From positions 1 through 48,119 of the IMG/VR virus record IMGVR_UViG_3300049187_000025: a stretch of 48,119 nucleotides of DNA. The stretch is one strand, 5' to 3'. Each line of letters opens with the position of its first letter. Positions within the stretch are counted from its first letter, which is position 1. The DNA comes from a virus. Lineage: Duplodnaviria; Caudoviricetes. Shown here one piece after another: positions 1 through 9,266 of this stretch. The notes beneath the pieces were generated by a model. That model worked only from the letters and a program-made list of their open reading frames with translations, was not told where the DNA came from and did no database searches. Position numbers and translations under genes: made by a program.

Positions 1-636
1 GAACTGCGCCAGGGGCAGCCCGGCCCGCGCGCCGATCCAGTCGGGGAAGCCGTGCCACACCGGAATGCCGGCCATGAGCGCCACCAGCGCCGCGCCGGAA
101 TGCCAGGTCACCACCTCGCGCACCTTCGACAAGTCCCGCTCCAGCGAGACCACCGGCGGTTCCTTGCCGGGATGGGGCCGGACCCGGCCTCCGGTCAGCC
201 GCTGCGCCTGCTCTGCCCAGTTCGCCGGCGACGCGATGCCTTCCTCGCCGATGCCGCGCTGGCCGAAAATGAGCGTCTCGCGCCCGCCTTCGCGCCAGGG
301 CAGAAGCTCCACGCCCCACGAATCCCAGCGCTGCGGGCCGCCTTCGACCCATCGCCCGGCGCCGGCGTGGTGGCCGATGGCCAGCGAGTACCAATGCCCG
401 CCGCGCCACGCCTTGCCAAGGTAGCCGTTCTCAGCCACCAGCACACGCGCGCCGGCGCTCTCGAATCGGGCCGCGTGCTCGGCGTAGCCCGTGTAGCGGT
501 TCCAGATCACCAGCACGTCGTCAGGCTTCGGGTCCGGGATGTGCGCGACCACCTGGAACCCTGCCGCCTTCAAGCCGCTGCAGAAAGCGTCGCGCCGGTA
601 GTGCGGCGTCTCACGCAGCAGGCACACCGCGCGCAT
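1..636 (-). CDS. Putative glycosyltransferase / capsule-biosynthesis (KpsC/KpsS-like) protein, 3' truncated by window edge
   Basis: Not in ORF track. ATG at 636 reads MRAVCLLRETPHYRRDAF...VLVAENGYLG...RPHPG...VVTWHSGAALVALMAGIPV and stays open to position 1. ENGY, RxHP and VTxxSxAxxxALxxGIPV motifs recall GT-B capsule-synthesis proteins. Confidence 0.6.
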   Translation of the reverse strand, partial: MRAVCLLRETPHYRRDAFCSGLKAAGFQVVAHIPDPKPDDVLVIWNRYTGYAEHAARFESAGARVLVAENGYLGKAWRGGHWYSLAIGHHAGAGRWVEGGPQRWDSWGVELLPWREGGRETLIFGQRGIGEEGIASPANWAEQAQRLTGGRVRPHPGKEPPVVSLERDLSKVREVVTWHSGAALVALMAGIPVWHGFPDWIGARAGLPLAQF

Positions 637-1231
637 CAAGCGCCTCCTCCAGGTCAACGAATCGAGCGCACCGGAGCGCGCTCCCCGGCGTCGCGTTCAG
701 GACCGCGACGCCAATCTCACTCAGCGCATCCACCAGCGTGGGAAAAGCCTTGACCCAGCGTTCGAAAGTGCCGGGCCCGGTCTCCCGCAGCGGGTGCTGG
801 TGCTCGCCGTGCCAGTGCGCGCCGCGGTCGCCGGTCATGTCGAAGCCGCAGAGCAGGATTCGCCGAGCGCCGGCCTGGGCCGCGATGTGCACGGCCTGGT
901 AGCCAGAATTTCCGCCGGTGCGGATGAACCCGGGTTTCGGGTCGAACCCATCCGAGCCGCTCGCCTTCAACCGGTGCACGTCCGGCACGTCGCTGCATGT
1001 GACCTTCAGCCCGGCAAACTGGTGCGCCGCCGGCGTCTGCCGCCAGAATTCCGCGTCGGCCCCGTAGAGCATCGCCGCCCAGGGCGCGAGTTCGAACGTG
1101 CGATTGATGACGATCGCCGGCACTCCGGCTGCCTTCACCTTGTCGGCGACCGCCTGCGACATGCTCGGGCCGCTGGCCAGGACCGCGACCGTGTGGCCAT
1201 CCCACAGCCTCGGCACCACCCAGGAACACAT
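611..1231 (-). CDS. Putative glycosyltransferase-like protein (DUF115/Maf-like fold)
   Basis: VAVLASGPSM, IVINRTF, GGNSGYQAVHIAAQAGARRILLCGFDM and HWHGEH motifs. Confidence 0.65.
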   Translation of the reverse strand: MCSWVVPRLWDGHTVAVLASGPSMSQAVADKVKAAGVPAIVINRTFELAPWAAMLYGADAEFWRQTPAAHQFAGLKVTCSDVPDVHRLKASGSDGFDPKPGFIRTGGNSGYQAVHIAAQAGARRILLCGFDMTGDRGAHWHGEHQHPLRETGPGTFERWVKAFPTLVDALSEIGVAVLNATPGSALRCARFVDLEEALDARGVPAA

Positions 1232-2217
1232 CAGAACTTGCGCCCGTTGCTGTCCATCTGGGTGAGATCGCGGCCGGACTTGCCTTCGGCGCCACGCTCG
1301 CCCTTCTCGCCCTTCAGGCCGTCCCGACCGTCACGACCGCACTTCGCGGCCAGTTGCCAGCCGGAGCCCTCTTCGCCGGGCTTGCCCATTTGCTCGTCCA
1401 CCAGAACCCACGTCGAGCCGCCGCGTGTGGTGCTGTCGCCAATCCCGTAGGTCTCGTCCTCGCGGAAGATGCCGCGATAGATCACGACCGGCGTCGTCCA
1501 ATTCTTCCGCACCACCTCACCGCTTGAGCGCTCCACCGTGAGGGACAGGCTGCGCATGTCGTCGGCTTGCTCGACGCTGATCCCGGCCACGCCATCGACG
1601 ATGCAATCCCAGCCGACCATGCCCTGCGTGACTTGGCGGGAGACCCACAGGCCACCGCGGTGCTTGGCCCATGTGCCTTTGGCGTAGCTGCGCGTCTCGT
1701 CGATGGCCGGCATCGGTTCGATCAGCGCGGCGTCGCGACCGTCAAGGCCGCGATCGCCCTTCTCGCCAACCGGGCCGCGTTCGCCGATGCCGCCCGGGTC
1801 GCCGGCCTTGCCTTGCAAACCGGGATCGCCCTTTTCGCCTTTCTCTCCGGGCGGGCCGACATCGCCAGCAGGCCCCATGTCGCCCTTCTCGCCCTTCTCG
1901 CCGGCCGGGCCGGGCTCTCCGCGCTCGCCTTGCGGGCCGGCGTCGCCCTTCTCGCCGCGGTCTCCGGTGTCGCCCTTGGCGCCGGCCTCACCCGGCTCAC
2001 CTTGGGCGCCCGGATCGCCGGGGTCGCCCTTCTGGCCCATTTCACCGCGGTCGCCGGGGTCGCCCTTCTGGCCTGGCTCTCCGCGTTCAGGCGCGAGCCG
2101 CTCGGCCAGGGTGCGCTCGATCGTTTCCAGCCGAGCGATGACAGGGCCGATTGCGCCGGCGACCTGCTTTCGCAGAGCGTCGACGACCTGCCCGACGAGT
2201 TCCTTGACTTCAAGCAT
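1231..2217 (-). CDS. Collagen-like (Gly-X-Y) head-module protein
   Basis: Long uninterrupted G-X-Y run ([16 protein letters not shown]...) plus a globular C-terminal part with YRGIF and [14 protein letters not shown]; coupled to the portal gene. Confidence 0.85.
   Translation of the reverse strand: MLEVKELVGQVVDALRKQVAGAIGPVIARLETIERTLAERLAPERGEPGQKGDPGDRGEMGQKGDPGDPGAQGEPGEAGAKGDTGDRGEKGDAGPQGERGEPGPAGEKGEKGDMGPAGDVGPPGEKGEKGDPGLQGKAGDPGGIGERGPVGEKGDRGLDGRDAALIEPMPAIDETRSYAKGTWAKHRGGLWVSRQVTQGMVGWDCIVDGVAGISVEQADDMRSLSLTVERSSGEVVRKNWTTPVVIYRGIFREDETYGIGDSTTRGGSTWVLVDEQMGKPGEEGSGWQLAAKCGRDGRDGLKGEKGERGAEGKSGRDLTQMDSNGRKF
1730..2085 (-). repeat. Gly-X-Y-encoding imperfect 9-nt periodic repeats
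   Basis: Recurrent tcgcccttc/tcgccgggg units inside the collagen-like CDS. Confidence 0.8.
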
Positions 2218-3619
2218 GCGCGACCTCGTCGAGTTGCTTCACCAGCTCGGCCAGGAACTCGCGGGCGGCCTTGTCTTCGGGCGGCGGTGCAGGCTCTGGA
2301 ACGGGCGCCCGCGCGGGTGGTGTCGCCTTGCCGAATGGGTCGTCGCTGGCGTCGCGCTTGGCCAGGGCCGCGAGGGAATAGTTCTGCTGCTGGAGATAGA
2401 CCGCATTGCCGCCCGGCGTCGGGGGCAGGTTCAGCTTCCGGCGGGCCTCGTCCGGCGACATCAGCGCCTTCTCGGTGGCCTTGCCGAGCGCGTCGATCAT
2501 GGTCGCCGTGTCCATGCGCAGCAGGCTGTCGATGTCGCACTCGACGCGCTTGCCGTTCGGGATGTCAAGGCCGGTGTCCAGCGCCGACTCAAGCGACTCG
2601 ATCAGGATCTGCAGGCAGCCTGAGTAATACTGCTGCTCCAGCGCCTCGACGTTGTTGTTCGTCGGCAGCGGGCCGGCGTTGATCTTGTAGAGCGGCATGC
2701 CGAAGCAGCGCGCCACGTCCTCGACGGACCACGCCAGCTGCTTGATCAGGTCGGCGTCGACCGCGTTGATGGTCATCTGCTCGTAGTGCAGTCCATCGCC
2801 GGCCACCAGCAGCCGGCCCAGGTTCTGGCCCGAAATGGCGCTCTCGGCCCGTTCCTTCAGGCGATCGGCGGTCGCGTCATCGATGGTGCCGGGCGCGGTG
2901 AGCACACCGCTGGGGCGACTCGCGTTCTGGAAGAAGGTGGCGCTGTTGGCCTGGATGCTGTTGCCCTGCGTGGCCGCCATGGCGCAGGCGATGATGGGCG
3001 ACACGCCCACCAGGGGGTGCCACAGGCAGTTCATCCGGTCGTGGATGATCTCGCGCGCCGGGAAGGTCGAGCCCGTGGGAAGTTGCGCCAGGTCGTCGCT
3101 GTTGACGCTGTAGAAAATCGAGCCATCGGGCGCCACCAGTGGCGTCACCTTGCGCGGGTCCAGCGGGAACAGCCGCACCACGACACCGCGCTCGTCGCGC
3201 ACCTTCAGCGCGTAGGCGTTGCCGTGCAGGAGCTTGCAAGTGATCCACCACGCGATGAACTGGATGGGCGTCTGGAAGGCGTTCGGCTTGCTCAGAACCT
3301 GCCAGAAGGGAGAGTTCGACTCGTCCTCTTCCCAGGTGCCGTCGACCCGGCGCGCCATCAGGCGAATGCCCAGCTTGGCGATGTCGTTGGAGATGCGCGT
3401 CACGCAGGCGTAGACGGCGCCGAACGTGGCGATCGAGCCGATGGGGTCGACCTGGACGCCTCGCTGCCAAGCGCCGGCGAAGATCTCGCCCACCCAGCCA
3501 GTGACCCCAGGTCGAACGGGTCGCGCCGCGCCGATCGTGGAGGTCCCGTACAGGCTCGTCAGCGGCGACACCGCCGCCTTCAGGATACGAACCAGCGCGC
3601 GGCCGGGTTGGAATGCCAT
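2210..3619 (-). CDS. Phage portal protein, HK97 family
   Basis: [56 protein letters not shown] motifs. Confidence 0.95.
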   Translation of the reverse strand: MAFQPGRALVRILKAAVSPLTSLYGTSTIGAARPVRPGVTGWVGEIFAGAWQRGVQVDPIGSIATFGAVYACVTRISNDIAKLGIRLMARRVDGTWEEDESNSPFWQVLSKPNAFQTPIQFIAWWITCKLLHGNAYALKVRDERGVVVRLFPLDPRKVTPLVAPDGSIFYSVNSDDLAQLPTGSTFPAREIIHDRMNCLWHPLVGVSPIIACAMAATQGNSIQANSATFFQNASRPSGVLTAPGTIDDATADRLKERAESAISGQNLGRLLVAGDGLHYEQMTINAVDADLIKQLAWSVEDVARCFGMPLYKINAGPLPTNNNVEALEQQYYSGCLQILIESLESALDTGLDIPNGKRVECDIDSLLRMDTATMIDALGKATEKALMSPDEARRKLNLPPTPGGNAVYLQQQNYSLAALAKRDASDDPFGKATPPARAPVPEPAPPPEDKAAREFLAELVKQLDEVAHA

Positions 3620-3628
3620 GACGGTCGG

Positions 3629-3964
3629 TCAGGCCTGCGTGGCGTTGCGAGGCGGTCGGCCGCGGCGCGGCGCCGCAGTGACTGGCGCCTCTTCTGGCTC
3701 GGCGGCGGCTTCTTGAGCGGGCTCATCGGTCACGGGCTCCACGGCTGCCGGCTCGGCGACAGACTCAAAGACCGGAGGCGCGACAGGGGGCGCGACGCTC
3801 ACGGGCGCCTGGATCTGCGGTTCCGGCGCGTCTTCGGCGCGGCCGATCTTGATGAAGTAGCCGCCATCGACGGGCGTGGCGTAGAAGCACGCACCGACGG
3901 CCACCTCATCGCCGAAGTACGTGTGTGGCTTGAGCGCCACCATGTGACGGGTGCGGTAGGTCAT
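3629..3964 (-). CDS. Hypothetical head-associated protein with Pro/Ala/Glu-rich tail and RRGRP end
   Basis: ORF between capsid and portal genes with an upstream purine-rich RBS. Confidence 0.7.
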   Translation of the reverse strand: MTYRTRHMVALKPHTYFGDEVAVGACFYATPVDGGYFIKIGRAEDAPEPQIQAPVSVAPPVAPPVFESVAEPAAVEPVTDEPAQEAAAEPEEAPVTAAPRRGRPPRNATQA

Positions 3965-3988
3965 GGGCGCGTCTTCCGTGGAAAGGGG

Positions 3989-4016
3989 AAGGGCCGCCAG
4001 TTGCCCGGCGGCCCTT
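3989..4016 (-). terminator. GC-rich hairpin downstream of the major capsid gene
   Basis: Perfect 10-bp inverted repeat aagggccgcc/ggcggccctt followed on the minus strand by a pyrimidine tract. Confidence 0.55.
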
Positions 4017-4040
4017 GGGTCAGATCAGCTCAGCGGCCGA

Positions 4041-5399
4041 TCAGGAGGCGTAGGACTGCGCCTTGTCGATGAACTGCACGGCAGCGCTGCGACGCTTGGT
4101 CCAGTAGATCCAGCGATCGACCTTCACGCCGATCAAGCCGTTCTGCCACAGGCTCACCAGCGACTGCGCGCCGGCCGACGGGGCATCGTCCATCTGCACC
4201 GAGGCTTCGGTAGACACGTCGATCATGATCTGACCGTCGTCGGCCAGCAGGATCTCGCTCTGATCGGCCAGGATCAGGTGCTCGTCGCCAGGCGAGCCGG
4301 ACGGCGCGACGTTGTTCGACACGATCACCGGCAGGCCGTAGAACGTGCCGCCCTTGACGGACAGCTCCGGGAAGGCCTTGGTGTCCTGATTCGTGCGCAT
4401 CATCGACAGCCGGATGGCCATCGACGCCGACATGATCCAGACGCCCGTCATCAGGCCCAGTTCGTTCGAGGCGAACTGGGTCATGGTGTAGCGGACGTCC
4501 GCATCCAGCGCGGCCAACGTGGCACCGCTCGCCTGCCGCGGCGTGACGCCGTAGGTCAGCGAAGCCGGCGACACGTTCGCCACACCCGGATAGGCCGGGT
4601 CGATCAGGCGCTTGTCCAGGTACTGGCTCACGCCAGCGGCCAGGTCGTCGCGCACCAGGGCCACGGCGCTCGGCTGAGACAGCCGGGCCAGTTCCACGGT
4701 CAGCACGACGATGGTCGACGCCTTCGCCCAGGGCATGGTGATGTTGTCGAAGGTCAGCTTCTTCACCGGCACCGGGGCGCCTTCACCGACGAACGTGCCG
4801 CTCGTGCCAGCGGTCTGGCGCGGAATCCGCACGTTGAACGGCACGCGACGCACCTGGTTGAGTTGGCCGAGGATCTGCCGCGGGCGCAGGTACTCGATGA
4901 ACTCGTTCTGCATGTCCTGGTACTGCACCAGCGGGCCGGCCCAGGTCGCATCCGAGGTCGTGCCGGCAGCGATCGCCGATTTCAGGACGGCCTCGACTTC
5001 CGGGGTGTCGGGGAAGCGCTTGGCCAGTTCCGCGGCCTGCATGATGTTGCCCTTGGCGAAGGCCAGAAGCGACACGTAGCGAACGAAGGCGGTGGCGGCC
5101 GGCAGGTTGCGGCTCACTTGGATGGAACCCGAGCCGGCGACGACAACGGCACCTTCGCCGCGGGCGACGGCGACCGGGGCGGCCTTGACGGCCATCACGG
5201 TCTCGTGCTGCTTCAGCGTCTCCAGGGTGTCGTCGATCGACTTGATGTCGGCTTCGAGTTGGACGTTCTGCTCGCGCTCGTGCTCGTCGAGGGTGCGGCC
5301 TTCTTCGACGATCGCCTTGTTGACGATCGCTTCCTTCTGGTCGGCGAGTTCCTGGCGCTTCTTTTGGAACTCGGCAATGCGTTCGTTGATGGTTTTCAT
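4041..5399 (-). CDS. Major capsid protein, HK97 fold, with N-terminal coiled-coil delta domain
   Basis: Start MKTINERIAEF at 5399 after an AAAGGA RBS; FIEYLRP, VRIPRQT, VGEG, GLPVIVSN, SLWQN motifs. Confidence 0.95.
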   Translation of the reverse strand: MKTINERIAEFQKKRQELADQKEAIVNKAIVEEGRTLDEHEREQNVQLEADIKSIDDTLETLKQHETVMAVKAAPVAVARGEGAVVVAGSGSIQVSRNLPAATAFVRYVSLLAFAKGNIMQAAELAKRFPDTPEVEAVLKSAIAAGTTSDATWAGPLVQYQDMQNEFIEYLRPRQILGQLNQVRRVPFNVRIPRQTAGTSGTFVGEGAPVPVKKLTFDNITMPWAKASTIVVLTVELARLSQPSAVALVRDDLAAGVSQYLDKRLIDPAYPGVANVSPASLTYGVTPRQASGATLAALDADVRYTMTQFASNELGLMTGVWIMSASMAIRLSMMRTNQDTKAFPELSVKGGTFYGLPVIVSNNVAPSGSPGDEHLILADQSEILLADDGQIMIDVSTEASVQMDDAPSAGAQSLVSLWQNGLIGVKVDRWIYWTKRRSAAVQFIDKAQSYAS

Positions 5400-5427
5400 G
5401 ATGCGGTCCTTTCGGGATTGCAGTGGC

Positions 5428-6030
5428 TCAGAGGTAGACGACGCCTTTGCGGCGTGCCTGCGATCCCGAATCGCCGGGGGTGGATTCGCCGGATGCCGCC
5501 GGCGCGGGGTCGAGTCGGACGACGGAGCGGACGCCAAACGCGGCGCGCCGAATGGCTTCGTCAGCCGACTTGATTGCGGTGATGGAGCAGTCGCCATTGG
5601 CGGCCACCGTGACGGCGGACAACTCCAGCCAAAGCCACTTCAGGTAGCGGTAGCTGTAGGTCCCGTCGATGCGCGAGGACTCGATCGGCTTGAAGCCGAT
5701 GGACAGGCCGCCGACCAGCTTGGCCTTCATCGACTGCCAGGCCTCGTCCAGGCGCGCCTTAAGCGTGCCCTCTTCGGTGACCAGGGCCACCTCGCCGGCG
5801 ACCTCGATCCCCTTGTCGGTGACTTTGGCCTCGGTGACCCAGCCGATGGGCTGGCTGCTCATGTGCTGCCACAGCAGCGGAATGGGCAGCTTGAACTGCG
5901 CGCCCTTCGGTTCGACGATGTCGCCGACGCGATCGGGGGTCGGCGTGGTCGCGATGCCGGTGAAGCGGCGCTTGCCGTCTTCTTCCTGCATCGCCTTGAA
6001 CTCAAGGGCGACGAATGCGCGGTGATTCAT
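5428..6030 (-). CDS. HK97-family prohead protease
   Basis: DRVGDIV, PLLWQH, GLSIGF, ELSAVTVAAN motifs. Confidence 0.95.
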   Translation of the reverse strand: MNHRAFVALEFKAMQEEDGKRRFTGIATTPTPDRVGDIVEPKGAQFKLPIPLLWQHMSSQPIGWVTEAKVTDKGIEVAGEVALVTEEGTLKARLDEAWQSMKAKLVGGLSIGFKPIESSRIDGTYSYRYLKWLWLELSAVTVAANGDCSITAIKSADEAIRRAAFGVRSVVRLDPAPAASGESTPGDSGSQARRKGVVYL

Positions 6031-6051
6031 GAGGAAAAGCCCTCGCGGAAA

Positions 6052-6080
6052 TGAGAAAACCCGCCGGGTGGTGGGCTTCG
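6052..6080 (-). terminator. Putative intrinsic terminator after terL
   Basis: Imperfect stem agcccacc/ggcgggtt followed by ttctcattt on the minus strand. Confidence 0.5.
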
Positions 6081-6102
6081 TGGTGATGGGTAGCGGCGGC
6101 GC

Positions 6103-7764
6103 TTAAGCGAAAAAAAGCTGGTACTTTTTGCGGCGCGGCTTCGGGTTCATCGACATGAGAGACACCGCGTTGAACAGGCTCATGAGCGGGTCAATCTTGG
6201 CTTTGCCGCTGGCCTGCTTGGTGATCAGCACGGCGTTGCCTCTGGGCTCGACCTTGGCATTGCCTACGCACCAGGCCATCAAGGGGGCGGCACCGTGCCA
6301 CAACTCCCCGCCGGCCAGTTTGCGTTCGGTGTCCTTTATGGCGCCAACCAGCTTCCAACCCTGGGAGATCCCGACGATGCGGTCCGGGTCGAACTTGCGG
6401 GCCACGAGCTCGTCAACGATGGAGCCGATGCCCACGGCATCGACGCCAACCTGATCCAGCAACCCGGCGGCCTCGGCTTTCTCGACCAGGTCGGCCACGT
6501 CCTCGACATCGTCGCCAACGCGCTCGACGATGGTGAGATGCCCGGCCGCCTGGAAAGCCAGTAGCCGCGGCGCGATTTCCTTTCGGCGCTGCAGCACGCT
6601 CGTGTGAGCCCAAGCGTGGAACCAAGCCACCCACTCTTTCGTCTGCGTGTCGCGCCCGAGGACCGTCAGCCCTAGCAAGTCGTCCAGTCCGCCGCCGTCG
6701 ATGCCGATCGTCACGACTTCAGAGCGAGCCAGCAAGCCGTCGAGCTCCAACTTCGGATCGCCCTGCTGTTCCCAGAAGTCGGCGCCGGCCCAGCGGTCGC
6801 TGTTCAGTGCCAAGCCGATTTCGATGTTCAGGTGCTTGGCGCAGAAGGTCTGAAAGGCCTTGTCGCTCTCGGCTCGGTTCTCTTCGAACTTCGTCTTCAG
6901 CCAGTCGGTGCTCACCGAGGCGCCGAGGTTGGGGTTCACCATCGCGGCGTTGTCGAGGTCAAAGCAGGCCTTCGACGTGACCATGGCCTCGGGCCACTCG
7001 TACAGCACCGGCAGGAATGACGGGTCGACAATCTCGCCGTCGCGCACCTTGCGCGCGTACAGGTTCTTTGCCCGGTAGACGCCAGCCGGCGGCTCGTCCG
7101 ACTCGGTCGTGATGTAGATGACCGCGCCTTCAGGCCGGCTGGCCATGCCTCCTGTGGCCTCCTGCAGCATCGCTTCGGCGTTGTGGCGCTTTCCGAACTG
7201 CCAAAGCTCCTCGACCAGGGTGACGGCGAATTTCTTGCCGCTGACCGTGTCGCTTTCCGCCGCCACGACTTGCAGGGTCGCCTTCGTCGTGCGGTGCGTG
7301 ATCGTCCGGATGTGGTCCTGGATGTGCAGGAGGTCCGACAGTTCTTCGTCTTTGCGGATCGCGTGCTTCAGCGGCCCGAAGGCGTTGTTCGCGACCTCGG
7401 TGGTCGGCGCAATGATCCCGAACTCGCCCGACTCGCGCCAGTTGCGAATCAGCAGCGTGCCCATGAGGAAGGCGGTAATTCCGCTCTTCCAATTCTTCTT
7501 CGGCACCTTCAGAAAATAGGTTTGGATCAGCCGCTTACCGCTCTCCGGGTCATACGAGCCGAAGAAGGTGGAAGCGAAGTCGAGAATCCATGGCCTGGCG
7601 ATCTCGCCCACCGTCGGCGCGCCGGGGACATCCACCACGCGCAGCGCCCTGAACACCTCCAGGGCCGCCGCCGCCTCGTCAGGAAACAACGCGCCGCAGG
7701 GAATCAGCGATTGGCCCGCGGCTATCCGCTGCTCCCAGTCGGGGCAGGCAGTCGTCCACTTCAT
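6103..7764 (-). CDS. terL: Terminase large subunit
   Basis: Walker A-like VPKKNWKS, Walker B LVEEL, nuclease GIDGGGLDDL, C-terminal KIDP. Confidence 0.96.
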   Translation of the reverse strand: MKWTTACPDWEQRIAAGQSLIPCGALFPDEAAAALEVFRALRVVDVPGAPTVGEIARPWILDFASTFFGSYDPESGKRLIQTYFLKVPKKNWKSGITAFLMGTLLIRNWRESGEFGIIAPTTEVANNAFGPLKHAIRKDEELSDLLHIQDHIRTITHRTTKATLQVVAAESDTVSGKKFAVTLVEELWQFGKRHNAEAMLQEATGGMASRPEGAVIYITTESDEPPAGVYRAKNLYARKVRDGEIVDPSFLPVLYEWPEAMVTSKACFDLDNAAMVNPNLGASVSTDWLKTKFEENRAESDKAFQTFCAKHLNIEIGLALNSDRWAGADFWEQQGDPKLELDGLLARSEVVTIGIDGGGLDDLLGLTVLGRDTQTKEWVAWFHAWAHTSVLQRRKEIAPRLLAFQAAGHLTIVERVGDDVEDVADLVEKAEAAGLLDQVGVDAVGIGSIVDELVARKFDPDRIVGISQGWKLVGAIKDTERKLAGGELWHGAAPLMAWCVGNAKVEPRGNAVLITKQASGKAKIDPLMSLFNAVSLMSMNPKPRRKKYQLFFA

Positions 7765-7769
7765 ACGCG

Positions 7770-8255
7770 TTAGCGGCTACTGACCAGGCGGGGTGCCGCA
7801 GCCGAGGCGAACTTGCTCTTCTTCTCGGTTGCCTTCGCGGCGTCGTTCCTCGCGTCCTTCTTGCCAACCGGCGCCGGCTTGGCGTGCTCGTAAGGTGCCG
7901 CCAGAGCTGCGGCCTGCATGCGGACGGCCAGCTTCAGGCGTGATTCCTTGACCACGTTCAGCAGGAACTCAAGCGGCGTGGCGCCGGTGATGACCGGCTC
8001 GGACTCCGCGTCGGCCGCGGCAGGCGGCGCCTCAGGCTGTGGCGGTTGGGTGCCGAACGGCCACTGCGCTGGGGCGTCGCCAGTCTTCACACCACCCTGG
8101 CAGTAAGCAGCTGGCGCCGCCTTCTTCCTGGCCTTCGGCTTGGCGGTCTTTCGAACAGCCCGGCGCTTTGCATTGCGCGCCTCGTTTCGTTGCGCCTTTT
8201 CGGCGTCCGTCAGAGATGGCCGACCGGCCCCAGGTCGCGCGCCGCCTCGTGCCAT
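7770..8255 (-). CDS. terS: Terminase small subunit
   Basis: Start MARGGARPGAGRP; TPLEFLL...RMQAAALAAPYEHAK motif; directly upstream of terL. Confidence 0.85.
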   Translation of the reverse strand: MARGGARPGAGRPSLTDAEKAQRNEARNAKRRAVRKTAKPKARKKAAPAAYCQGGVKTGDAPAQWPFGTQPPQPEAPPAAADAESEPVITGATPLEFLLNVVKESRLKLAVRMQAAALAAPYEHAKPAPVGKKDARNDAAKATEKKSKFASAAAPRLVSSR

Positions 8256-8339
8256 AGCCGTTGTCCGATCTGAGGAAAAGATGAATTCGTGACCGCCGGA
8301 GGCCCCGGGCCTGACAATCAACCTGAACGATTTATTGTC

Positions 8340-8425
8340 CAAATGGGAGCGCTTGCGGTGGCGCTCCGGTTTCGGATTTCAAACGCCGCCTACCCCCCGG
8401 GGTGCCTCTACCCTGCCTTGGTGCG
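8340..8425. other. Putative cos/packaging initiation region
   Basis: Non-coding gap between HNH and terS, where HK97-like phages carry cos; contains a ggagcgc/gcgctcc inverted repeat and a cccccc-gggg tract. The exact cut site cannot be determined. Confidence 0.45.
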
Positions 8426-8764
8426 TCAGCGCCCTGCCCGTGGCATCCCGAACCCGCCATCCTCGGCGACCGTCTTGCGGTCATGGCATGCCTTGCACAG
8501 GCTCTGCCAGTTGTCGCGGTCCCAGAACAGGGTCAGGTCGCCACCATGTGGCACCTTGTGGTCGACCACGTTGGCTTCGGTGATCCTGTCCTGCTTGGTG
8601 CAGTGGACGCACAGAGGGTGCTTGGCTAGGTGCTGCTTGCGCTCCTTGCGCCAGCGGTAGCCGTATAGCATGTTCTTGTCGGCCTGGGTGACGACCGGGG
8701 CGGGGCCTCGGCGTGTGGGGTCAGCCTCGCGGATGCGGGGCTTGAGGGTGGTGAGTCGGCCCAT
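8426..8764 (-). CDS. HNH endonuclease, terminase-associated (HK97 gp74-like)
   Basis: HPLCVHC...VVDHKVPHGGD...NWQSLCKACHDRKT; immediately upstream of terS. Confidence 0.93.
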   Translation of the reverse strand: MGRLTTLKPRIREADPTRRGPAPVVTQADKNMLYGYRWRKERKQHLAKHPLCVHCTKQDRITEANVVDHKVPHGGDLTLFWDRDNWQSLCKACHDRKTVAEDGGFGMPRAGR

Positions 8765-8772
8765 CGGTCTTA

Positions 8773-8896
8773 CAGGGCTTGCCCTGCTAGGTCGTGCCGT
8801 CCGCTGAACCGCTCATGCGACCGCAGGCAGCGTGCGTGGAGATGACCGCGCCCTTTAGCCCGGGGACGCGCCCAGCGCATGACTGGGTTTCAGCGG
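8773..8896 (-). ncRNA. Candidate structured intergenic RNA
   Basis: 8801-8819 pairs with 8876-8896 (ccgctgaacc/gggtttcagcgg and tcatgcg/cgcatga) around two inner hairpins; separate palindrome cagggcttgccctg at 8773-8786. Confidence 0.4.
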
Positions 8897-8906
8897 GGTG
8901 GAGGGG

Positions 8907-9266
8907 CTAGAGCGAGAACCGCGCTCTGAAGTTACACGGCCATCCAGTCTTGTCGACCGGCATGGAGTCGACGATCACGTAAACGGCGTCTTCGACCCCG
9001 AAGGCCGCGTGAGCCTGGATTCCGAACTTCGGCGGCTCATCCTGTTCGAAGTCGTGCAGCACGAGTCCGCCGGAGAACAACTTGCGAATCGCGAGGCCGC
9101 CAGTGCCGCTGAACTTCAGGCCGAAGGAGGCGGAGTAGTTGAAGGTCCCATCGGGGTGCTCGACCTCGGTGAGTTGGCCGCCCTTCATGAAGATCAGGTC
9201 ACCGGCCAGCGTCATGGCGCACGCGGCGGCAGGCTTCAGGAGTTCGCTGGTGATCATGCTCTCCAC
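8907..9266 (-). CDS. Stand-alone paralog of the tail-tip protein N-terminal domain
   Basis: Colinear similarity to the N-terminus of 36458..39646, e.g. YVIVDSMPVDKTGWPCNF vs YLVFDAMPVEKTGWPCNF. Confidence 0.8.
   Translation of the reverse strand: MESMITSELLKPAAACAMTLAGDLIFMKGGQLTEVEHPDGTFNYSASFGLKFSGTGGLAIRKLFSGGLVLHDFEQDEPPKFGIQAHAAFGVEDAVYVIVDSMPVDKTGWPCNFRARFSL

Noticed and set aside
5400-5597. N-terminal extension of the capsid ORF, or a protease-capsid frameshift fusion
   Set aside because: A clear RBS and ATG lie at 5399, the extension reads like an off-frame translation of the protease gene, and I saw no slippery site.
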